Under the pieces are notes generated by a model, which made no database searches, had not been told where the DNA came from, and was given only the letters and a program-made list of their open reading frames with translations. The translations under genes and the position numbers were made by a program. 64,000 nt of DNA. Source: Pseudomonadota bacterium (GTDB taxonomy: Bacteria > Pseudomonadota > Gammaproteobacteria > Burkholderiales > JABEVD01). The stretch's first letter is position 1, and the number at the start of each line of letters is the position of its first letter. Of this stretch, positions 48,449 to 57,805 are shown piece after piece. Where the stretch lies: NCBI GenBank assembly GCA_021802545.1, contig JAJZRS010000002.1:124546-188545 (forward strand). Reading direction: 5' to 3'.

Positions 48449-49733
48449 CCCCGATTCTTTCAGCGAGCGCCGATTTGGCGACGCTCTCTATCATCCTGAT
48501 TCCGGATTTTTTCCGAAGCGCTTCTTCCATGAACTTCAAGCCTTCCTCCTTTTCTCCCGATGCCAATAATGCCTTGCCCATCAGGACGGTTTCAAGATTC
48601 GCCCCCGGGTGCGCCAGCAGATTGCCAGCGCGAACGAGCATTTTCTTCGCTGCCGCAACATTGTCTTCTTTCAGAAAGGCCTGCGCCTTGACGGACGCCT
48701 GCCCTCTGCCGAACAATCCCGCATCGCCGAATGCCTCCTCGCCCGCTTCGAGCACCTGGAAGGCGAGCTTGGGATTCCCAGCCTCGACGTGGGTCTGGGC
48801 CAGAAGCAGATAGTCTGTTTCCTGCGCGGTAATGGAGCCTTTCGTCCTGCGGATGGCGAACTCGAAAGCGCTCCGTGCAATGTCGAAGCGAGACAACCTG
48901 TAGGCCGCTTCGGCGAGGAGTCGAAAACGCCTCGCGCTGGGCACGACAGTGGATGCCTGCTCGAGCTGATCGATCGCCAACGCCGCATTGCCTGCATCCT
49001 CTGCAATTTCGGCAAGGAGATCGTAAGCGAGGACGAATGCGCCGTTGGATTCCAGCACATCATTTGCGATCTTTTCCGCTTCACCTAGCCTGCCCTGCGC
49101 AAAATAGGCTCTCGCCGTACCGAGCCGCGCCCAGCCCAGATCGCCGCGCATCGCAAGCGCTGACCCGAAGACTGCAGCAGCTTCCTCATGCCTGCCCAGC
49201 CTGAGCAGCGCCTCTCCCTTGCGCCTCAGGGCGTCCATGAGCCACTTCGAATTCGCCTTGATGAGTTTGTCGCTTTCGGCAACAGCGCCATCGAAATCCT
49301 TTTTGGCCATGCACAGCAACAGGTTCTGAAGGGCATCACGCTTGTCGATGAGGCGCTCCAGCCTGGACCTGATTTTGACGGCAGTGAAGGGTTTGAGCAG
49401 GTAGTCGTCAGGCTGGAATTCGGCCGCGCTCACCACCGCGCCGTACTCGGCCTCCGCCGTCACCATGATGAAAACAGTCCGGGCCGGAAGCAAATCCATG
49501 GATTTCAAATATTCAAGGAATTGCTGTCCGCTGGTTGCTCGATTGAGATTGTAGTCACAGAAGATGACATCGTATTCGACCCGGGATTCGACCATCCGCA
49601 GCGCATCTTCCGCATTTCCCACCTGATCGACATTGACGATATCCATTTCGGCAAGCTGCACCTTGATGGCCGAGCGCATGGCGCCCATATCGTCGATGAC
49701 CAGAACACGGAGACTGGAAAATTTACTTAGCAT
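48441..49733 (-). CDS. Response regulator receiver domain fused to TPR repeats
   Basis: REC landmarks are VLVIDD, VIFCDYNL (the phospho-Asp position) and LLKPF. About 300 aa of TPR-like helical repeats follow. Confidence 0.85.
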   Translation of the reverse strand: MLSKFSSLRVLVIDDMGAMRSAIKVQLAEMDIVNVDQVGNAEDALRMVESRVEYDVIFCDYNLNRATSGQQFLEYLKSMDLLPARTVFIMVTAEAEYGAVVSAAEFQPDDYLLKPFTAVKIRSRLERLIDKRDALQNLLLCMAKKDFDGAVAESDKLIKANSKWLMDALRRKGEALLRLGRHEEAAAVFGSALAMRGDLGWARLGTARAYFAQGRLGEAEKIANDVLESNGAFVLAYDLLAEIAEDAGNAALAIDQLEQASTVVPSARRFRLLAEAAYRLSRFDIARSAFEFAIRRTKGSITAQETDYLLLAQTHVEAGNPKLAFQVLEAGEEAFGDAGLFGRGQASVKAQAFLKEDNVAAAKKMLVRAGNLLAHPGANLETVLMGKALLASGEKEEGLKFMEEALRKKSGIRMIESVAKSALAERIGGA

Positions 49734-49852
49734 AGGAATCTCGATTCCTCCTGATCCATTATTCCCCGAATCCGCAAGATACGCAACCAGGCGCCTTGTC
49801 AGGTTGCCGCAAACGAGCTAAATTCTGGAGGCGACCATACAGAGCGACTTTC

Positions 49853-51010
49853 ATGAACCGAAATGCAGGAAAACGTCAGCGCATCATCCTCGTCGCGCTG
49901 GTGCTGTTTGCGCTTGCCGGAGCCTTGATCTGGAAATTTGCCGCGCCGAAGCCCGTTCCCGTGGTTCTCGCGAAAGTTGAAAAGGGCACGGTCGAATCGA
50001 GCGTATCCAACACGCGCGCAGGGACGGTCAAGGCCTGCCGCCGTGCAAAGCTTGCGCCGAGCAGCGGCGGGCTCATCTACCGGCTCAAGGTCAAGGAAAG
50101 CGATCGGGTGAAAAAGGGGCAAGTCCTGATCGAATTGTGGGACAAGGACCTGCTCGCCCAGAAAAACCTCGCCACGCAGCAAATGGCTTCTTCACTGGAC
50201 CATGCCAAGGAGATCTGCACGCTGGCAACGGCTGCCGCGAGCGACGCAAGGCGAAAATCGATCTTGCGCGAGAAAGGCTTCATTTCTGCCGAAGCACTGG
50301 AAAATGCGCAGAGTCAGGCGAAGTCCAAGCAGGCGTCTTGTGACGCCGCTCATGCTGCCATCAAGGAAGCCCGTGCGCGCATCGCACTGGCGGAAGCCGG
50401 GATAGAGAAAAGCACCGTCGTCGCCCCTTTCGACGGCATCGTGGCCAAGGTGAGCGGCGAACTCGGCGAATTCACCACCCCTTCTCCGCCTGGCATCCCG
50501 ACGCCTCCCGCAATCGACCTCATCGACGACAGCTGCCTTTACGTGACCGCCCCGATGGACGAAGTCGATGCGCCAGCCATACATCTTGGCATGCCTGCCA
50601 GGATCACACTGGACGCTTTTCCGGGCCGGCATTTTTCTGGCAAGGTATCCAGAATTGCACCCTATGTGCTCGATGTTGAAAAACAATCCAGAACCGTCGA
50701 CGTGGATGTCGATTTTGTCGACAAAGAGGACGCGAAGAGGCTGCTCGTCGGTTACAGCGCCGACGCGGAGGTGATACTGGGCAGCCATCCGGATGTCTTG
50801 CGCATACCCACGCGCGCGCTGTTCGAAGGTAACAAGGTGCTCGTCCTGGAAAACGGCACCCTAGAGGAAAAGAAGGTGAAAACAGGCCTCTCGAACTGGG
50901 AATATACGGAAGTTCTCTCCGGATTGGATGCAGGCCAGGAGGTCGTCGTTTCCCTGGAGCACAGCGGCGTCAAGTCGGGCGCTCGTGCAGTGCCCGATAC
51001 CGGGAAATGA
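49853..51010 (+). CDS. Efflux periplasmic adaptor (HlyD/MacA family)
   Basis: The start was moved to MNRNAGKRQRIILVALVLFAL (49853). It has a TM anchor, a coiled-coil hairpin and barrel-sandwich motifs. Confidence 0.85.
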   Translation: MNRNAGKRQRIILVALVLFALAGALIWKFAAPKPVPVVLAKVEKGTVESSVSNTRAGTVKACRRAKLAPSSGGLIYRLKVKESDRVKKGQVLIELWDKDLLAQKNLATQQMASSLDHAKEICTLATAAASDARRKSILREKGFISAEALENAQSQAKSKQASCDAAHAAIKEARARIALAEAGIEKSTVVAPFDGIVAKVSGELGEFTTPSPPGIPTPPAIDLIDDSCLYVTAPMDEVDAPAIHLGMPARITLDAFPGRHFSGKVSRIAPYVLDVEKQSRTVDVDVDFVDKEDAKRLLVGYSADAEVILGSHPDVLRIPTRALFEGNKVLVLENGTLEEKKVKTGLSNWEYTEVLSGLDAGQEVVVSLEHSGVKSGARAVPDTGK

Positions 51011-51678
51011 TCCGACTCGAAAACATCAGCCGGTTGTTCCAGGTCGGAGAACAGACCGTATCCGCACTGAACGAAGTCAGCCTGGAGATCAACCCGGGCG
51101 AATACCTGTCCATCATGGGGCCTTCCGGTTCCGGAAAGTCCACCCTGCTCAACCTCATCGGGCTGCTCGACAGGCCGTCTTCAGGTCTCTACACCTTCGA
51201 TGGCGAGGACGTCACGCATCTTTCCGAAGCGCTCCAGGCCAAGGTCAGGCAAGAGAAAATCGGCTTCGTCTTCCAGTTCTTCCATCTCATCCCGCGCCTC
51301 ACCGCAAGCGAGAACATCGAACTGCCGATGATGCTCGCCGGCATAGACAAGGCCGAGCGCATGGCGAAATCGCATCGGCTGCTCCAGGATTTCGGGCTTC
51401 TGGATCGCGCCAGCCACAAGCCCGAGCAGCTTTCCGGGGGACAGCGGCAGCGCGTGGCGATCGCAAGAGCAACCGTCATGCAGCCCCGCATTCTGCTCGC
51501 GGACGAACCGACAGGGAACCTCGATCGAGCGAGCGGCATGGAAGTGATCTCTCTCCTGGAAGCGCTCAACGCGCAGGGCATGGCCCTGGTCGTCGTCACC
51601 CACGACCCTGAAATCGGGAAAAGGGCAAAAAGGCAGGTCCACATGATCGACGGCAAAATCGTATCAGGCGGATCATGA
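51007..51678 (+). CDS. ABC transporter ATP-binding protein (MacB/LolD type)
   Basis: Walker A GPSGSGKST, signature LSGGQRQRV and Walker B LLADEPTGNLD. ATGA coupling with the upstream gene. Confidence 0.92.
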   Translation: MIRLENISRLFQVGEQTVSALNEVSLEINPGEYLSIMGPSGSGKSTLLNLIGLLDRPSSGLYTFDGEDVTHLSEALQAKVRQEKIGFVFQFFHLIPRLTASENIELPMMLAGIDKAERMAKSHRLLQDFGLLDRASHKPEQLSGGQRQRVAIARATVMQPRILLADEPTGNLDRASGMEVISLLEALNAQGMALVVVTHDPEIGKRAKRQVHMIDGKIVSGGS

Positions 51679-52883
51679 AGCTGATCGACATTGCATCGTT
51701 CACTTCAAAGAGCCTCGTCGGCGCCAAAACACGCACGGCCCTCATGATACTCGCCATGTCCATCGGGGTTGCAGCCGTGGTCGTTCTGACCGCCTTGGGC
51801 GAAGGGGCGCGCCGCTACGTCGTCGACCAGTTTTCATCGCTCGGGACCAACCTGCTGATCGTTTTTCCAGGACGAACGGAAACCAAAGGCAACATGCCCG
51901 GCATGCTGATCGGCGAAACCCCGCGAGATTTGACGCTGGATGATGCTCTGGCGCTATTGAGAAGCAGACATGTCAAGCGCATCGCTCCCTTGACGCTGGG
52001 TTCCGGGCTCGTCTCGTTGGGACGCAGGAACCGGGAAGTGCCCGTCATCGGCTCGACATCCGACCTGCTCGAAATCAGGCATATGACGCTCCTCGAAGGG
52101 CGATTCCTGCCCCAAATCGACCCGAGGAATGCCGTCCCGGTTTGCGTATTGGGCATGCGCGTGAAGGAGGAGCTTTTCGGCTCAAGCCAGGCGCTGGGAA
52201 GATGGGTCAGGATAGGCGACAGGCGTTTTCGCGTAGTGGGCATTCTCTCAGCCCAGGGGCAATCCCTGGGATTCAACACGGACGAGCTCGCCATCGTTCC
52301 TGTCGCCTCGGCTCAGATGCTGTTCAACATCCCGTCGCTCTTCAGGATCCTGGTCGAAGCAAGAAGCCGCAACGATATTCCGCTTGCGCAAAAAGATGTC
52401 GAGCGCATTTTCGCAGCGCGCCATGAAGGCGAGCGCGACGTGACGGTCATCACCCAGGACGCCGTGCTTTCCACCTTCGACAAGATATTGCGCGCCCTCA
52501 CCCTGGCCGTTGCAGGCATTGCCGGCATCAGCCTGGCTGTTGCAGGCATCCTGATCATGAACGTGATGCTGATCGCGGTGGCGCAGAGAACGCGGGAAAT
52601 CGGACTCTTGAAGGCGATCGGCGCAACCGGCAATCAGATCAGACGCCTGTTCTTCTTCGAAGCGGCCATCCTGTCATTGGTCGGCGCGATATCGGGCTGG
52701 CTGCTGGGCGAATTCGGCGCCAAGGTGATCGCCGGACTCTATCCTTCGCTTCCCATCGCGCCCCCCTGGTGGGCGATAGCTGCAGCGTTCGCGACATCGC
52801 TCGCCACGGGCGTACTGTTCAGCCTCTTGCCGGCCAACCGGGCGGCCCGCCTCGATCCCGTCCAGGCCCTCTCGAGAAGATGA
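51675..52883 (+). CDS. ABC transporter permease (MacB_PCD + FtsX)
   Basis: 402 aa with the typical topology of TM1, a large periplasmic domain and 3 further TM helices. C-terminus PANRAARLDPVQAL. Confidence 0.88.
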   Translation: MKLIDIASFTSKSLVGAKTRTALMILAMSIGVAAVVVLTALGEGARRYVVDQFSSLGTNLLIVFPGRTETKGNMPGMLIGETPRDLTLDDALALLRSRHVKRIAPLTLGSGLVSLGRRNREVPVIGSTSDLLEIRHMTLLEGRFLPQIDPRNAVPVCVLGMRVKEELFGSSQALGRWVRIGDRRFRVVGILSAQGQSLGFNTDELAIVPVASAQMLFNIPSLFRILVEARSRNDIPLAQKDVERIFAARHEGERDVTVITQDAVLSTFDKILRALTLAVAGIAGISLAVAGILIMNVMLIAVAQRTREIGLLKAIGATGNQIRRLFFFEAAILSLVGAISGWLLGEFGAKVIAGLYPSLPIAPPWWAIAAAFATSLATGVLFSLLPANRAARLDPVQALSRR

Positions 52884-54085
52884 TGCCGATTCGAGACTTT
52901 CTCCGTTTCACTTTTGCGTCGCTCCATGCACATCGCCTGAGAACATGGCTCACGGTGACGGGCATCGGCGTCGGAATCGCCGCGGTCATCATGCTCACTT
53001 CCATAGGCGAGGGTCTGCACCGCTTCGTCATAGCCGAATTCACGCAGTTCGGCACCAACATCATCGGCGTCAGCCCGGGAAAAGCCCAGACCCGCGGTGG
53101 TCCGCCGATCGGCATATTCGGAAGCGTTCGCCCCCTTACCCTTGAAGACGCACAGGCATTGCAGAGAATCCCCTACGTCGAATATTCGGACCCGAGCCTG
53201 TCGGGCAATGCCGAAGTCAAGGCCAACGGGAAAAGCCGCCGCGTTCTGGTGTCGGGTGTCGGGCCGGATTTCCCGGCAGCCCTGCACATGAATGTCGCAG
53301 TGGGGCGATTCCTCCCCCATGAGCCGCTGCAGACAGCCAGGGCCTTCGCCATTCTCGGCTCAAAAACCAAGCATGAACTCTACGGCAACACCAACCCGCT
53401 CGGTACCCGCATCCGTGTCGGCGGAAACCGCTACACGGTGATCGGCGTCATGGAATCCAAGGGGCAGATTCTGGGATTCGACATGGACGACACGGTTTTC
53501 ATTCCCGCTGCCCGTGCGCTCGAACTGTTCAATCGGGATTCACTGATGGAAATCCATGTTGTTTACGATCCCGACGTTCCCGTCGACAGGGTCGTGGACG
53601 AAATTTCAGGGATGCTCAAAGCCAGGCACGGCAGGGAAGATTTCACCATCACGCCCCAGGAGAAGATGCTGGACGTATTGGGGTCGGTGCTCGACGTGCT
53701 GACTTTTGCCGTGGCAGCGATAGGCGGCATATCGCTCGTCGTGGGCGGGGTCGGCATTCTCACCATCATGACGATTTCGGTAGCCGAAAGAACAGCCGAA
53801 ATCGGCCTTCTGCGCGCGCTCGGCGGCAAGGGCACGCAAATCCTATTCCTTTTCCTGCTGGAAGCCATCGCCCTGTCGACTCTTGGGGGGCTTTTCGGGC
53901 TCGCCGCGGGTTATCTCCTGCTGCAGCTGCTGCATGCCGCCTTCCCGGCCTTGCCCGTTCATACCCCCTGGTCCTATGCCGCTCTCGCGGAATTCGTCGC
54001 CGCATCCATCGGCCTCCTCGCGGGAGTGATGCCGGCAAGGCGCGCAGCCCGCCTCGATCCCGTGGAAGCCCTTCGAACAGAATGA
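52880..54085 (+). CDS. ABC transporter permease (MacB_PCD + FtsX), second copy
   Basis: The start at 52880 forms an ATGA overlap. It has the same architecture, with C-terminus PARRAARLDPVEAL. Confidence 0.88.
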   Translation: MMPIRDFLRFTFASLHAHRLRTWLTVTGIGVGIAAVIMLTSIGEGLHRFVIAEFTQFGTNIIGVSPGKAQTRGGPPIGIFGSVRPLTLEDAQALQRIPYVEYSDPSLSGNAEVKANGKSRRVLVSGVGPDFPAALHMNVAVGRFLPHEPLQTARAFAILGSKTKHELYGNTNPLGTRIRVGGNRYTVIGVMESKGQILGFDMDDTVFIPAARALELFNRDSLMEIHVVYDPDVPVDRVVDEISGMLKARHGREDFTITPQEKMLDVLGSVLDVLTFAVAAIGGISLVVGGVGILTIMTISVAERTAEIGLLRALGGKGTQILFLFLLEAIALSTLGGLFGLAAGYLLLQLLHAAFPALPVHTPWSYAALAEFVAASIGLLAGVMPARRAARLDPVEALRTE

Positions 54086-54190
54086 TATTCCACCCGAATA
54101 CGGAAAAGCGTATACTTAATTTAATAGAGTAATTCTATTGTTATCCACGTAACAAAAGCGCCTGAAAATCGCATCCAGGAGAATAAGATT

Positions 54191-56398
54191 ATGGCGCATG
54201 CAAAAGCAACCAGGTCTTGCAAGAACTTGAGCTTCCCCGAACGGGAAGATATGGAAGGACTGATTCGCTTCCAGAGCTCAATACTCGAAGCTGTAGCCTT
54301 CGGATATGAAGACAGGGAAATCTTAGACCGCATTTGCCTGCTCGGTGAAAAAATGGTGCCCGATTCCGTCGCCACCATCATGCTGCTCGACAACGCGGGC
54401 AGGCTCAACATCCATGCTGCACCAAGCGCGGGCGAGGAAATCACATCGCGCCTCGTCGGCCTTATACCCGGCCCGGAAGCCGGCTCCTGCGGCAACGCCG
54501 CCTACCGCAAGGAACCTGCTTTCGTGGCGGATACCTTTCACGATCCCAGATGGAACGGACTCAAGGGACTCGCCCGGGAGCATAACCTTCATTCTTGCTG
54601 GTCGATGCCGGTATTCTCGGCAGGCAGGAAAGTCATCGGCACCTTTGCCCTGACCGGCTTCGAAACGCGCTCCCCTTCTCCCTTCCAGATACGGCTGATG
54701 GAAATCGCCTCATCCATCATCGCCATCGTCCTCGAGCGCATGGAAAGAAGCAATGCATTGAAGCAGAGCGAAGAGCGGTTCCGAATTCTCTTCGAGGAAG
54801 CTACCGATGCAAAAATGCTGATCTCAGAAGAAGGGCGCATCATCGACATCAACAAAATCGGACATGAGCGGCTCGGCTATGCGAAAGAGGAGATGATAGG
54901 CAGACTCGTCTCCGAATTCGTGACCCGTGAAAACGTCGACAAGGTCGCGCAAAGGCTCACGAGGGTTAAAAAGGAAGGCCATGCCACCTACGAATCGTCC
55001 CAAGCGCGCAAGGACGGGACGGTCATGCCGATCGAAATCAGCACGATCATCATCGAACTGGATGGCAAATCCATCTATTACAGCATCCTGCGCGACATCA
55101 CCGAGCGCAAGAAGACGGAAATGTCTTTGCATGAAAGCGAAAAGCGTTTCCGCGATCTCGTCGAAACGACGACGGACTGGATATGGGAAACGGATGCCGA
55201 TTTTCGCTATAGCTATGCCAGCCCGAGGATCAAGGATCTTCTTGGCTACAGGCCGGAGGAACTGATAGGCAAGACTCCTTTCGACATGATGCCTGATGAA
55301 GTGGCAAGTCAGCAGGCGCAAAATTCCAGAATTTATATTGAGAAGCGGGCGCCCCTCGACCAGATCCAAACCGTCCGCCTGCATCGCAATGGACAAAAGA
55401 TTCATGTCGAAACGAGCGGCCTGCCGATCTTCGACAGCTCTGGCAAGCTGATCGGCTATCGGGGAGTGACACGGGACATCACCCGGCGCAAGGAAATGGA
55501 AAATGCATTAAGGGAAAGCGAGGCGCATCTACGGGACATCGTGTTGCATGCACCGATCGGGCTTGCCACCGTCTCCCTGGAAGGGCGTTTCATGGATGCC
55601 AACCAGTCACTTAGCATCATCACCGGCTACTGCAAGGAAGAACTCCTGGCGCTTACCTTCCAGGAAATCACCCATCCCGAAGATCTCGAGTCGGATCTCG
55701 ACAATGCGCGCAAACTGATCTCGGGCGCAATTCCTTTCTACAAGATGGAAAAGCGCTACATCAGAAAAGACGGAAGCATCGTATGGATCCAGTTGACCGC
55801 ATCGCTGCTACGGGATCCTGAAGGTGCCCCAATGCATTTCATCGCACAGATCGAGGACATCTCGGAGCGAATCGAAACCAAGCAGCGCCTCAACCATCTC
55901 GCCTATTATGACACGCTGACCGATCTGCCCAACAGGCGTTTTCTCATTGAAAAGCTCGAATGGGCACTCGTCCAGGCAAAGCGCCACAGCAGATCCCTTG
56001 CGATCATGTTCCTCGACCTCGACGGATTCAAGCAGGTCAACGACGGGCTGGGGCACGACATCGGCGATGAACTGCTCAAGGCAGTTGCAGTCAAGCTGAC
56101 TTCATGCGTGCGCAAGGGAGACATCGTATCGCGCCAGGGCGGCGACGAGTTCATCATCGTCCTGCCGGAAATCAGCCATCCAAACGATGCAGCACTGGTC
56201 GCCGAAAAAATCATCGACTCCTTCAAGATGCCTGTCGAAGTCGACAGGCATCTTATCAGGATCGGCACCAGCATCGGCATCGCTACTTATCCCATCGCCG
56301 GCAACGAGGGTGTGGGTGATCTGATGAAGAAAGCCGACAAGGCGATGTATGCCGTCAAGGCATCCGGGAAAAACGGCTATCGACTCTTCGGCAGCTGA
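54191..56398 (+). CDS. GAF-PAS-PAS-PAS-GGDEF diguanylate cyclase
   Basis: N-terminal GAF, three PAS/PAC units, and a GGDEF domain with an intact GGDEF. An RKGD I-site (RxxD) lies five residues upstream. Confidence 0.9.
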   Translation: MAHAKATRSCKNLSFPEREDMEGLIRFQSSILEAVAFGYEDREILDRICLLGEKMVPDSVATIMLLDNAGRLNIHAAPSAGEEITSRLVGLIPGPEAGSCGNAAYRKEPAFVADTFHDPRWNGLKGLAREHNLHSCWSMPVFSAGRKVIGTFALTGFETRSPSPFQIRLMEIASSIIAIVLERMERSNALKQSEERFRILFEEATDAKMLISEEGRIIDINKIGHERLGYAKEEMIGRLVSEFVTRENVDKVAQRLTRVKKEGHATYESSQARKDGTVMPIEISTIIIELDGKSIYYSILRDITERKKTEMSLHESEKRFRDLVETTTDWIWETDADFRYSYASPRIKDLLGYRPEELIGKTPFDMMPDEVASQQAQNSRIYIEKRAPLDQIQTVRLHRNGQKIHVETSGLPIFDSSGKLIGYRGVTRDITRRKEMENALRESEAHLRDIVLHAPIGLATVSLEGRFMDANQSLSIITGYCKEELLALTFQEITHPEDLESDLDNARKLISGAIPFYKMEKRYIRKDGSIVWIQLTASLLRDPEGAPMHFIAQIEDISERIETKQRLNHLAYYDTLTDLPNRRFLIEKLEWALVQAKRHSRSLAIMFLDLDGFKQVNDGLGHDIGDELLKAVAVKLTSCVRKGDIVSRQGGDEFIIVLPEISHPNDAALVAEKIIDSFKMPVEVDRHLIRIGTSIGIATYPIAGNEGVGDLMKKADKAMYAVKASGKNGYRLFGS

Positions 56399-57771
56399 AC
56401 GAGATCCAATACTAAGGCAACCTTGTCGAGGGCGGCCAGCGCACGATCGATCACAAGCGCCCCCTGTTTGACGCCCTCGACGACCAGCCGCGCACTCGAG
56501 CAGATTCTGAGTGCGCCGCTCGCAACGGGCTGCCCCAGGCTGCAACGCGTGGCCGCTGCCTCATGACTGGAAAGTGCGGAAAGATCCAAACGCAGCATGT
56601 CATGCACGATTTTCGCCTCGTGCATTTCGAGCATTTCGCCTTTCATTTTCAGCCTGAAGGGAAAGATCGTCTGCATGCCGTCCCAGGATGCAGCGAGATG
56701 CAGCGCGCTTCGATCGATCTCGGGCACGTCAATGGGAACGAAGCGAGGGTCTTTTTCCAGCCTTGCCTCTACGGCCTCCGAAAAGCGCGCGAGGAACCGC
56801 GCGACTTCGATCTCAGGAATGCTTTGAAACGCGCGCAATTCGGACAAGGCCGCTTCCCATCGCAGCAGAAGACCGAAGTTGTCTCCTGAACCCAGTTCCT
56901 GCCGCATGCCTTCCGGCCATTCGTGACTTGAGGCATAGGAAGAAAGGGCAGCGCCCGCCCTTTTCAAGCCGATGCTCCCTGGAATCACGAGCGCGCCAGA
57001 AAATGTCGGCCCGGTGAGAAATTTGGATCCGGTAAGCGCCACCATGAAGCCCTTTTCAAGATAGGCTTTCAGGGTTTCCCGTGCCAATCTGAACTGGCAG
57101 GCGTCGACCAGCACTTCGAGCGACTCCCCGCATTGTTCCTTCAGGCGGAGCGCGCAGGCTATGCTGGGTGCGATCATGCCCGTTTTTGAAACATCGGTGA
57201 GGACAAGCAGCATTTTTTTTCCGCTTGCAAGGCCGGCAGCGATCTTTTCCGAAAAGGCTGCGTCGATCTGACCGCTGTCTATGGGGCGCCCTTCCTCGTC
57301 CCTGACCTCAACGCTAGACAATTCAGGCAGCACGCCATCCGCAATGGGGCCGCCTTTGACAAGCCGCTTGCTGTAGGCCGATCTTGAACTGAAATGACGC
57401 CCGGAAAGCGCATCGGGAACGCCGCGCCCAGTCTCGGAAGCTTGTGCCATGACGACAAGCTGAGGCGCGGTCAATTGGGAAGCGATCATATGGATGTCCG
57501 TTCCGGAAGGCGCGAACAGCACTGCGTGATCGTCGATCCCGCATAGTGCTGAAAATTCGCGCCTGATGCGACTGAATTCGCGTTCGCAATCCGGATCGGC
57601 ATAGAGCTTCCCGCGCAGCGCATCGGCCGCATCGAAAGCCGCTTCAGAGATGGTGGAAGCGGTCGAAGAGCCGAATTCGAGCAAACCGGGATCGGGAAAA
57701 ACCGTGCAGCCGTATTCGTTCCTGCCTGATTCGATGGCGATTCGGGCATCCCCGCCCGCCGAGAGCAGCAT
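56377..57771 (-). CDS. Fold-type I PLP enzyme, aminotransferase class V-like, unknown specificity
   Basis: The start was moved to MLLSAGGD (57771) to avoid overlapping the upstream gene. VLVDACQF and ALTGSKFLTGPTFSGAL resemble the class V Asp and PLP-Lys motifs. Confidence 0.6.
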   Translation of the reverse strand: MLLSAGGDARIAIESGRNEYGCTVFPDPGLLEFGSSTASTISEAAFDAADALRGKLYADPDCEREFSRIRREFSALCGIDDHAVLFAPSGTDIHMIASQLTAPQLVVMAQASETGRGVPDALSGRHFSSRSAYSKRLVKGGPIADGVLPELSSVEVRDEEGRPIDSGQIDAAFSEKIAAGLASGKKMLLVLTDVSKTGMIAPSIACALRLKEQCGESLEVLVDACQFRLARETLKAYLEKGFMVALTGSKFLTGPTFSGALVIPGSIGLKRAGAALSSYASSHEWPEGMRQELGSGDNFGLLLRWEAALSELRAFQSIPEIEVARFLARFSEAVEARLEKDPRFVPIDVPEIDRSALHLAASWDGMQTIFPFRLKMKGEMLEMHEAKIVHDMLRLDLSALSSHEAAATRCSLGQPVASGALRICSSARLVVEGVKQGALVIDRALAALDKVALVLDLVQLPKSR

Positions 57772-57805
57772 GGCGGTATCGGGAAGGCAATGGGCGTCCA
57801 GATGC

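Noticed and set aside
49853-54085. The four-gene adaptor/ATPase/two-permease cluster as something unusual
   Set aside because: This is a standard MacAB/Lol-like ABC exporter layout with intact motifs. The two-permease arrangement is common.
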